64,000 nt of DNA, from assembly GCF_006345805.1 (NCBI RefSeq), contig NC_043007.1:14198001-14262000 (forward strand), written 5' to 3'. Shown here one piece after another: positions 53,101 to 61,120 of this stretch (position 1 is the stretch's first letter; each line of letters starts with the position of its first letter). This DNA comes from Octopus sinensis (Eukaryota). The translations under genes and the position numbers were made by a program. The notes beneath the pieces are model-generated. The model worked only from the letters and a program-made list of their open reading frames with translations. It was not told the DNA's origin and did not search any database.

Positions 53101-56100
53101 GCATCACTAAGCTTATGTATACAGCTGTGTGTATGTATGTGTAAATATACACGTATATATATATATATATATATAGGCTGAAATGTTAGCGCACCGGGCG
53201 AAATGCCTAGCGGTATTTCGTCTGCCGCTACGTTTTGAGTTCAAATTCCGCCACGGTCGACTTTGCTTTTCATCCTTTCAGGTCCAATAAATTAAGTACC
53301 AGTTACGCACTGGGGTCGGTGTAACCGACTTAAGCCCTTTGTCTGTCCTTGTTTGTCCCCACTGTGTTTAGCCCCTTGTGGGCAATAAAGAAATATATAT
53401 ATATATATATATCGTCATCATTTAATGTCTGTTATGCATGCTGCCATGGGTTGTGCCAGGGTCCAGTCTGATTTGGCATGGTTTTCTATGGCCAGATGCC
53501 CTTCCTGACACCAACCACTCCAAGAGTGTAATGGGTGCCATTTATGTGACACCAGTGTCTTCCACAACTGTGATTTTGCTCGGCTTGGTGGGTCTTCTTC
53601 TCAAACATGACATAATGCCAAAGGTCTCAGTCATTGCCTCTGTGAGGCCCAACACTCAAAAGGAACTCCGCTACTTTCCCTCTGTGAGGCCCAACATATG
53701 TATGGTGCTGGTGACACGTAAAAACCATGCCATAACTGACCTTGCTTGTGCTGGTGCCATTAAAAAAAGCACTCAGTCTACTCTGTGTGGGGTGGTTGGT
53801 GTTAGGAAGGGCATCCAGCTGTAAAAACCATGCCAAAAGACACACACACGCACACTAGCCTGATATAGGCTTCTACCTGGCCTGCTCCTGTCAAACTGTC
53901 CAACCCATGCCAGCATAGAAGGTAGACGTTAAATGATGGTGGTGTGTGGCTTGGTGGTTAGGGTCTTCAGTGTATTTTAAGCTTCATTACTGGACCATGA
54001 ACGTTCTGAGTTCAAATCCCGCCAAGGTCGACTTTGCCTTACATCCTTTCGGGGTCAATTAAATAAGTACCAGTTACGCACTGGGGTTGATCTAATCGAC
54101 TTAATCCCTTTGTCTGTCCTTGTTTGTCCCCCCTATGTTTAGACCCTTGTGGGCAATAAAAAAAAAATGCAATGAACATAATAATAAAGCTAATTCCGTT
54201 TCTTCAACAGCTTCATCCGATGAAGAAATGTATTTTAGGAAGAACTTAGATGACGCAATGCCCTGTGAATCTGGATCAGAGGTAATCATTTTCAGTGCTT
54301 ATTAACAATTTTTAGGCTTGCTTTCTGGAATGGGAAATTCATCATCATCATCGTTTAACGTCCGCTTTCCATGCTAGCATGGGTTGGACGGTTCAACTGG
54401 GGTCTGGCAAGCCCGAAGGCTGCACCAGGCCAGTCTTATCTGGCAGTGTTTCTACAGCTGGATGCCCTTCCTAACGCCAACCACTCCGAGAGTGTAGTGG
54501 GTGATTTTATGTGCCACCGACACAGGTGCCAGACGAGGCTGGCAGACGGCCACGCTCGGATGGTGTTTTCTTATGTGTCACCGACACAGGTGCCAGACGA
54601 GGCTGGTGAACGGCCACGCTCGGATGGTGTTTGTTACGTGCCCTCAGCACGGAGGCCAGTCGATGCGGTACTGGCTACGGTCACGTTCGGATGGTTTTCT
54701 TATAACGCCAACCACTCCGAGAGTGTAGTGGGTGATTTTATGTGCCACCGACACAGGTGCCAGACGAGGCTGTCTCATGCAAATAGTTTCTATAAGACTA
54801 GTAAGGTGACCTTTCTTATGTTTAAGCATACCATAGCAATCATATTTTGATTTGTCTTTGTGGATGGTAAGCCTAACACATCACACAGTCTAACGTTACC
54901 AGGTCCTTGGGTGCAATAATCCGGACCAGTCTCTGCATATCCCCCACATGTCCTTCCCCTGTAAACTAGAGGGTATTGGTGGCACTGGGTGTGGTTGACA
55001 CTGTCCTCAAAACAAGATTTTCTCTTCTCTTTACTCCACAAAAAACAATACTACAAACAGTAACATGGAATCAGAAACAAATCATCATCATCATCATTTA
55101 ACGTCTGCTTTCCATGCTAGCATGGGTTGGACGGTTCAGCTGGGGTCTGGGAAGCCAGAAGGCTGCATCAGGCCCAGTCTGATCTGGCAGTGTTTCTACG
55201 GCTGGATGCCCTTCCTACCGCCAACCACTCCGTGAATGTAGTGGGTGCTTTTTACGTGCCACCTGCACAGGTGCCAGACGGGGCTGGCAAACGGCCACGG
55301 ACGGGTGGTGCTTTTTACGTGCCACCGTCAGGGGGCCAGGCGGGGCTGGCAACAGCCACGATCGGATGGTGCTTTTTATGTGCCACCGGCATGGAGGCCA
55401 GTCGGGGCGGCGCTGGCAACGGCCACCGGCACCTTGACAATTCTGACCTTATATGCAAACATTTTGGTCCAGTCCGGACCTTTCTATACACAATTGTAGC
55501 CATCCATCCAATTCTTCTATCTCTCATCTTCTATATTTAACCCTTCTCTGCTGCCCTTATTACACACTCTGTATTCCAACTTCCCTCTGAATTATGGTGC
55601 TTCTGCTTATTTGGAATCCACTCTTCCCACTCCCTTGAATGTCCCCAACAAAGACTTCCTGTTACTCTTGTCTCAATGTCTCTCTGCCCTGTTCTTCTGA
55701 GTTCATTACTACTTCCTTAACTCTTCCACTTGCCATTAGCTCTCATATTATCTAACACTGAAAGCAGGCACCGCACATCTTATTACAAAACACACATTTT
55801 CCACTTCTTGACTACTAACCAACTAACTGGTCAGGCTCCAACTATTCAACTATCCAATGCTACTGCGTAGCCAGTTATGTGTCATATCAGTTGAGATATA
55901 CATAACAGCGAGCTGGCAGAATCGTTGGCACGCTGGGCGAAATGCGTAGCCATATTTCGTCTGCCGTTACGTTCTCAGTTCAAATTCCGCCGAGGTCGAC
56001 TTTGCCATTCATCCTTTCAGGGTCGATAAATAAAGTACCAGTGTTGCACTGGGGTCGATGTAATCGATTTAATCCCTTTCTCTGTCCTTGTTTGTCCCCT

Positions 56101-57101
56101 CTGTGTTTAGCCCCTTGTGGGTAGTAAAGAAATATATATATAACTTATGAGATTTTTAAAAAATATATATCTAAAAAATGAAGGAAATGTTGAGCATTGT
56201 TGCTGATCACTTTAACCCCCTACCCCCCCCCCCTTTTTTTTTTAACTAATAATTTTTATATCAAAGAATTTAGTAAAATAATTTTGTCAAATTACCATGA
56301 AATTAGGATGTTTAACCCTTTTGTTACCAACCCGGCTGAAACCGGCCCTGGCTCTGAATACAAATGTCTTGTTTTCAAAAAGTCCTGAATTAAAATCTTC
56401 CACCAAACCTTTGTCACAATTTATGTTCCTAACTCTAGCTTAATGATAACAAAATTATTTTACTAAATTCTTTGTCATATTTAACCCTTTAGTGTTTGCA
56501 TTATTCTGCCAAAATTAATGCTTTTTTATCCACATTGTTTTGAACTAATCATGCATTATCTTGTAACTATGAGATTTTGATGAAGTAGCTATTAATTTTT
56601 AAAACGATATTGTAAGGTTGGTGTGAGAGACCAGATCTGGCCAGAGAATTGACAGAAAGCCTCAACCTATCAAAACCCATCGTTCATGAGCACCTGGTAA
56701 AGCTTGAGTACACAAATCACTACGATGTTTGAGTGAGAACCTTTTGGATCGCATTTCCATCTGTGATTCGCTTTATAAACGGAATGAAAACAGGCAGAAT
56801 ACTTTTGGCCAGTTTGAATGCTAAAGGGTTAAAGTAATTGAAAGAATCACAGAGCTTCTGAGAATAAATATAGTAATGAAAGGGTTAAGCTGCTTTAAAA
56901 CAAGGCTATTTGTATCATCGAACCAGGAGGAGTGTCAGGTGTGTTGGTACTACAAAGATTAAAGTTGAGGGAAATAATATTTGTTGCTAATTCTGTTTCT
57001 TTTTATTGCAGTACGATTGGAACACAAGTGACGAAGAAGACAGAGATGACAGTGAGAGTGCAAAACCTAATGAAACCGATGAGAAAGATGAAAGTGACTG
57101 A
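20005..57101 (+). CDS. WDR43: WD repeat-containing protein 43 / UTP5 (SSU processome t-UTP subunit); spliced CDS span, 17 coding exons, about 630 aa
   Basis: Exons join in frame with AG acceptors and GT donors (one probable GC). Peptides resemble recalled human WDR43: [80 protein letters not shown], and an acidic C-terminal tail. Confidence 0.95.
23095..23535 (-). mobile_element. RTE (SR2-like) LINE 3' end with (CAAGT)n-type tail
   Basis: [57 protein letters not shown]. Confidence 0.8.
23600..23800 (+). mobile_element. Possible Penelope GIY-YIG endonuclease C-terminal remnant
   Basis: [24 protein letters not shown] loosely resembles the GIY-YIG C-terminal pattern. Confidence 0.35.
24786..26470 (-). 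mobile_element. 5'-truncated, degenerate RTE LINE (RT + 3' UTR + (GAT)n)
   Basis: [59 protein letters not shown] with stops and frameshifts. Confidence 0.9.
27020..27166 (+). CDS. WDR43: WDR43 exon 2 ([11 protein letters not shown]...DVHSRL)
   Basis: ttttcag acceptor, GTAAGT donor, 147 nt; basic NLS-like patch as in the human protein. Confidence 0.93.
27402..28402 (-). mobile_element. Merlin (IS1016/ISXO2-like) DNA transposon remnant
   Basis: [16 protein letters not shown] and IYSDPW..Y...TQQVESNW motifs; imperfect ~24-bp TIRs gatcttgctaagtttcttcaaacc / ggttggaagaactttaacaagatc. Confidence 0.75.
28411..28710. mobile_element. hAT-type MITE
   Basis: TIR CAGTGGTTTCCAAA; 8-bp TSD tattagag / tatgagag. 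Confidence 0.85.
29075..29370 (+). mobile_element. BovB-like RTE 3' fragment
   Basis: [46 protein letters not shown]. Confidence 0.8.
29578..30960 (-). mobile_element. Second degenerate RTE LINE copy, same family
   Basis: Closely similar to 24786-26470: [37 protein letters not shown]. Confidence 0.9.
31793..31914 (+). CDS. WDR43: WDR43 exon 3 ([14 protein letters not shown]...GKVN)
   Basis: taatag acceptor, GTAAGT donor, 122 nt, ends phase 2. Confidence 0.92.
32795..32910 (+). mobile_element. CR1/L2-like LINE C-terminal remnant
   Basis: [24 protein letters not shown] matches the WNxLP..FK..LD pattern. Confidence 0.6.
33061..33178 (+). CDS. WDR43: WDR43 exon 4 (KWKASNN...[12 protein letters not shown])
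   Basis: atttcag acceptor, GTAAGA donor, 118 nt. Confidence 0.92.
34088..34206 (+). CDS. WDR43: WDR43 exon 5 (KFNGHATE...VNDRLISAW)
   Basis: ccttcag acceptor, GTAAGT donor, 119 nt, ends phase 2. Confidence 0.92.
35190..35286 (+). CDS. WDR43: WDR43 exon 6 ([21 protein letters not shown]...)
   Basis: caaacag acceptor, GTAAGC donor, 97 nt. Confidence 0.9.
35757..36500 (+). mobile_element. RTE LINE 3' fragment, same family
   Basis: [33 protein letters not shown], then 3' UTR units. Confidence 0.88.
37504..37568 (+). CDS. WDR43: WDR43 exon 7 ([22 protein letters not shown])
   Basis: ttctgcag acceptor, GTAAGT donor, 65 nt, ends phase 2. Confidence 0.92.
39590..39976 (-). mobile_element. tRNA-Arg-like-headed SINE family D; other copies at ~37596-37890(-), 38247-38410(+), 52500-52860(+), 4633-4820(+, 3' part)
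   Basis: Head GGCGCAATGGCCCAGT(A/G)GTTAGGGCAGCGGACTCGCGG...GGTTTCGAT(T/A)CCC with TCG at the anticodon position. Confidence 0.75.
40210..40692. mobile_element. Head-to-head fold-back dimer of a tRNA-headed SINE with a Penelope-like, hammerhead-bearing tail
   Basis: 40210-40439 is the reverse complement of 40444-40692 except for a ~41-nt deletion; A box TGGTGTAGTGG and B box GAGTTCGATTCC in the right copy. Confidence 0.85.
40599..40644 (+). ncRNA. Minimal type I hammerhead ribozyme motif
   Basis: GACAU-CUGAAGA-A-GGCUG(10 nt)CAGCC-GAAAC-GUU-GUGUU. Confidence 0.55.
40879..41093 (+). mobile_element. piggyBac-type MITE family B (second copy at 56485-56828)
   Basis: CCCTTTAG...CTAAAGGG termini; TTAA on the right, TTAT on the left. 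Confidence 0.75.
41165..41324 (+). CDS. WDR43: WDR43 exon 8 (KMKKPIRPK...KPVFERV)
   Basis: cttgcag acceptor; best phase-0 donor is GCAAGT at 41325 (alternative: weak GTGGCA at 41322). Confidence 0.85.
42829..42912 (+). CDS. WDR43: WDR43 exon 9 (ASKNMTGE...NAQK)
   Basis: Long polypyrimidine tract + cag, GTAAGT donor, 84 nt; weak similarity but phase-consistent. Confidence 0.8.
43750..44350 (+). mobile_element. Degenerate mariner transposase fragment (irritans/Hsmar2-like)
   Basis: [17 protein letters not shown]; [26 protein letters not shown]; AGKVMASV. Confidence 0.8.
45360..45805 (+). mobile_element. RTE 3' UTR-only copies (more than 20 in window), e.g. 310-545, 575-720, 26490-26900, 31160-31550, 34490-34740, 42300-42478, 43205-43600, 46105-46255, 48035-48395, 49590-49875, 54340-54775, 55082-55435, 61490-61915, 62300-62620
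   Basis: Shared GGAAGGGCATCCAGCTGTAGAAAC...GGACGTTAAACGATGATG end; same sequence is contiguous with RT sequence in the longer copies. Confidence 0.85.
46551..46670 (+). CDS. WDR43: WDR43 exon 10 (VILGEVSKD...KKKRISE)
   Basis: ttttgcag acceptor, GTATGG donor, 120 nt. Confidence 0.82.
47297..47437 (+). CDS. WDR43: WDR43 exon 11 (LSLQDRL...[16 protein letters not shown]), start of Utp12-like domain
   Basis: ctttcag acceptor, GTAAGC donor, 141 nt. Confidence 0.92.
48752..48873 (+). CDS. WDR43: WDR43 exon 12 (NVLRKEH...[17 protein letters not shown])
   Basis: ttcacag acceptor, GTAAGT donor, 122 nt, ends phase 2. Confidence 0.92.
49983..50046 (+). CDS. WDR43: WDR43 exon 13 ([21 protein letters not shown])
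   Basis: ttttcttcag acceptor, GTAAGT donor, 64 nt; an in-frame upstream acceptor also exists at 49940. Confidence 0.88.
50980..51219. mobile_element. Degenerate hAT (MER20/Charlie-like) MITE
   Basis: cagtggttctc start and ggttgtgaaccact end. Confidence 0.5.
52087..52200 (+). CDS. WDR43: WDR43 exon 14 (FPDLIDSL...[15 protein letters not shown])
   Basis: cattag acceptor, GTGAGT donor, 114 nt. Confidence 0.92.
52949..53021 (+). CDS. WDR43: WDR43 exon 15 (LTSRHQD...LLVYQD)
   Basis: cttgcag acceptor, GTTGGT donor, 73 nt, ends phase 1. Confidence 0.85.
54211..54281 (+). CDS. WDR43: WDR43 exon 16 (SSDEEMYF...ESGSE)
   Basis: ttcaacag acceptor, GTAATC donor, 71 nt; fits phase 1 in and phase 0 out. 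Confidence 0.8.
55909..56132 (+). mobile_element. tRNA-derived SINE family B; other copies at ~16610-16745, 18375-18540, 39050-39283(-), 41485-41890, 42480-42705, 53175-53395, 54000-54160, 60200-60405(-)
   Basis: Head GAGCTGGCAGAATCGTT...GTTCAAATTCC, core GAGGTCGACTTTGCC, tail GTAGTAAAGAAATA. Confidence 0.85.
57012..57101 (+). CDS. WDR43: WDR43 terminal coding exon 17 ([10 protein letters not shown]...DESD*)
   Basis: attgcag acceptor; acidic tail; TGA at 57099-57101. Confidence 0.88.
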   Translation, partial: YDWNTSDEEDRDDSESAKPNETDEKDESD

Positions 57102-57264
57102 TGGCTGTTTTGAATGAAAATATTTTGATACATATTTTCTCTAACATTTTGCTTAGAGTAGCGAACTTATAATTCAGTTTTGATGAATTAATGGTTACAT
57201 TATACTCAAGTGGCAATTGTTAGTTTATAATCATTTGGAAGGTGTGTATCACTGATAAATATCA

Positions 57265-57280
57265 AATAAACTGAAATAAA
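57265..57280 (+). terminator. Tandem AATAAA polyadenylation signals of WDR43
   Basis: AATAAA at 57265 and 57275, about 165 nt after the stop, followed by a GU/U-rich tract (tgttgatgtttcttttc). Confidence 0.7.
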
Positions 57281-58111
57281 CATTATTATTATTATTATAT
57301 TGTTGATGTTTCTTTTCAATTAACATTTTCTGCAGAAAGTGCAAAACCTTTCTATTTTTAAAGATACTAGAATATAACTTGAGGGAAGTTTAGCTGCTTT
57401 TTCTAGCAGATTGATAGTTTAGAGCAGGCATCTATTAGAGTAATTAGACCGTGGCCATGGTAGGGCAATGCCTTGAAGGGTTTAGTCAGACAAATTAACT
57501 CCCTTACTTAGTTTTTTGGGGGTTTTTTTAAGCCTGGTATTTATGTTATCAGTCTCTCTTGTCAAACCACTACGTTACGAGGACATAAACTAACACCAGT
57601 CGTGAAGCAGTGATGGGGGACAGGTGCAAGATACACACACACATACATAGTGGTTTGCTTTCTATTGCTAGATGCTCTCCAATGACTTCATAATATACCA
57701 GGAACATTTTACGCAACAAGCTCTATGTCTTAGGTGATAGTAAATACATGATTATATTGTTATTGCTGATGATAATGCTTAGTATTTCTCTCCAGTGTCA
57801 GGAAATACCATGATTTGGAGGAAATAGGGACAAAAAGAAGATTAAAATGCTGAAATCAGCATAGCAAGAGCTCTAGTCTACTCACTGATCTGATGCCCTT
57901 GAGTGATTGAGAATTGGTAAGACCTACCAAATTTTTCTTGGTCAGCAATATATCTTTAACATGGCTGTTCCATTGGAGCCAATGTTACCATTTTTAACCC
58001 CAGGAGGACATCACCTCTAGCTGGTTATCATTGGATTCTGCACCTGATATAGATTGTAAGCAAGGGAGCAAACCTCTACCATCTAACGACTGGGACCAAG
58101 AGATGAAAGTA

Positions 58112-59352
58112 TTGGGTTGTCCGGAAAGTTTGTGCCGATTTATAGTAGCTTACCTTTTGACTTATTTTAGAACATGGTTGAGTCCATAAAATAGGATTTG
58201 ACTACACCTCCATTTAGAGCACAGTTTAAGCTATCTTTTCGTGGAAGAAGGTTTATGTTCCTATAACCTGTGTTAATTCTGTAACCCTTTAAAATGGAAG
58301 ATAAGACAGTTCATTTTCGGTACTTGATGCTTTTCTTTTTCCGTAAAAGGAAAAATGCCTCACAAGCAACTAAAGAAATATGCAAAGTTTATGGTGATGT
58401 TTCTTAATCCGAAAGAACTGTACGGAAGTGGTTCACAAGGTTCCAAACTGGAGATTGTAGCCTTATTGATAAAGAGCGATCAGGCAGATCATCCACAACA
58501 TATGTTGACCAAATCAAGTCATTAATTGAGAATAACCCACATTGCACAATCTGAGAATTGGCAGAAGGCCTCAACCTATCAAAAGCCATCGTTCATGAGC
58601 ACCTGGTAAAGCTTGAGTACACAAATCACTACGATGTTTGAGTGAGAACCTTTTGGATCGTATTTCCATCTGTGACTCGCTTTGTAAACGGAATGAAAAC
58701 ACGCCTTTTTTAAAGCAAATTGTGACAGGTGATGAGAAATGGATTATCTACTGAAATGTTCAGAGAAAGCGATCCTGGAGTAAGCCACATGAGCCACCCC
58801 AAAAGCCGATCTTCACCCTAAAAAGTCTTGCTTTGTGTCTGGTGGGATTGGAAAGGAATTCTGCTCTATGAGCTTCTCCCAAGTAACCGGACAATTAATT
58901 CTGAGAAATACTGCACACAACTGGATGAGTTAAAAGCAATTCAAGAGAAACGTCCAGAATTGGCCGACAGGAAGGGTGTTGTTTTCCAACATGATAATGC
59001 AAGGCCACATGTTTATTTGGGACCAGACAAAAATTGCTGCAGCTCGGCTGGGATGTGTTACCCCACCCTCCATATTCACCAGATATTGCTACTTTGGATT
59101 TCCACTTATTCAGGTCTATGCAGAATAGTTTTAATTGTAAAAATTTCAATTCCTTGGATAACATAAAAAGATACCTTGATGAATTCTTCGCCCTGAAACC
59201 ACCTCCATTCTGGGAAGAGGGTATTTTCTAGTTAAAGGAAAGATGGAGACGCATTGTGCAACAAAATGGTTCATATTTGGTTGAATAAAAAATGTAATGA
59301 CAGGTATTTTTCTTTCCTTTAGAAATCGGCACAAACTTTCCAGACAACCCAA
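58112..59352 (+). mobile_element. Near full-length mariner transposon, inactivated
   Basis: 30-bp TIRs with 1 mismatch, TA TSD on both sides, 1241 bp; VTGDEKWI, FQHDNARPH, HPPYSPDIA..DFHLF; stops and frameshifts. Confidence 0.95.
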
Positions 59353-60769
59353 TAGTGACCATACTGAGAAGTACTATTTATCGTCACTTCAGTATGGCTG
59401 TTCTGTAGGAACCAATGTTGCTACTGTTTTTAACCCTAGGAAGATGCCTTTTCCTGCTGGCTTTTGTTTAAATCCTTTCATGGTTAAGTGTCTTCCAGGG
59501 GTATCAAATCAGTAAACCAGAGCCCTTATTATACACTTTTACTTGTTTCAGTCATTTGACAGTGACCATGTTGGAGCACCGCCATTAGTCAAGCAAATTG
59601 ACTCCAGGACTTATTCTTTGTAAGCCTAGTACTTATTCTATCAGTCTCTTTTGCCGAACTGCTAAGTTATGAGGACGTAAACACACCAGCATCGGTTGTC
59701 AAGCGATGTTGGGAGACAAACACAGACACAGACATATACACATACATATATACGACGGGCTTCTTTCAGTTTCCATCTACCAAATCCACTCACAAGGTTT
59801 TGGTGGGCCCGAGGCTATAAAAGACACTTGCCCAAGGTGCCACGCAGTGGGACTGAACCCGGAACCATGTTGTTGGTAAGTAAGCTACTTACAACACCGC
59901 CACAACATTTTTACTTTTTTGCCCCTATTCACCTGGCTGTTCATATTCCCTGCAAATCACAATATTTTATCTCTGATCAGTTGCCGTCCTTCTACAAGAC
60001 CCAAGACATGTCCTGAAGTACCGCTTACATACCTGTGGCCATCAGCTGCACATAACACAGCCTAAGACACCCGATCGCTTATTGGCAATAATTCAATCAT
60101 ATGCTGCATCTACCAGCTCGTCAAAGAGTTACCTCTTGTATCACTTTTACGATGACCTCTGCACTTCTCAATTAGCTGCATACATTCACTCAGATACCTA
60201 TTTCTTTACTACCCACAGAGAGGACAGACAAACGGATTAAGTCGATTATATTGACCCCAGGTCATAACTGATACTTATTTAATCGACCCCGAAAAGATGA
60301 AAGGCAAAGTCGATCTCGGTGGAATTTGAACTCAGAACGTAGCGGCAGACGAAATACTGCTAAGCATTCCATCCAGTGTGCTAACGTTTCTGCCAGCACG
60401 CCGCCCTGCATTCACTCAGATACCAATTCCCACTTTTTCCGTCCTTCCTAATCAAAAGGAATATCCTTTATTAGATTTTCCATTCAGTAAAGTTCAATTC
60501 ATACTAATTTAGATTTTGACTTTGTTCAGTTCATTAAATATAAAATTCATTTACAATTTTCTCTTAATAAGCATCCTTAGGGATCTGATTTGACTGAAAA
60601 AAGAAACACAAATTTCTAAGGTGAGCAAAAAACTGGATTGTCTTTTCCTTAATAGCATCTCAATTTAGATTTATTTATTTTGATTATCTCCCTTCCTGTT
60701 TGATTTTCACCTGTTAAAGTAAGTATAGAGTGCAAGTGTAATTTCAATAAAGAACAAAATAAGAATTTT

Positions 60770-61120
60770 TAACACTAATGTAAAAGCGGTATTTATTGTA
60801 TGGGATGAGACATGGCGAACAACAGTTAAGTCAAATAAGCAAATACAATCATTCATCAACAGATGCTTGCTTAGTATACTTAAAATTAGATGGCCCGAAC
60901 ACAAGCAATATGGAGCTATGGCAAAGAACAAGTCAAGCTTCGATTTGGGAGCAAATATTTAAGAAAAATGTGGAAGCGGATTGGTAGCACAATTAGAAAG
61001 GAAACCCCAAATGTAGCGACGAGTGTTTTACAGTGGAATCCAGATGGATATAGAAAGAAAGGTAGGCCTAAGAACTCTTGGCGGAGATCAACACAAAAGG
61101 AACTAGAGAAAGGGGGACAG
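60770..61120 (+). mobile_element. RTE LINE RT C-terminal fragment
   Basis: ETWRTT..FINRCL..ILKIRWP..LQWNPDGYRKKGRPKNSWRR. Confidence 0.8.

Noticed and set aside
54371-55540. Repeat-spacer pattern resembling a CRISPR array
   Set aside because: Units are degenerate modules of an RTE 3' UTR in a eukaryotic genome; spacers are related to each other and there are no cas genes.
20191-57011. Homologs of SNORD53/SNORD92, hosted by vertebrate WDR43
   Set aside because: No C/D box pair with the expected 28S antisense (TTGGCTGTG or GTGGTTTCG before CTGA) was found by eye. An Infernal search is needed to confirm absence.
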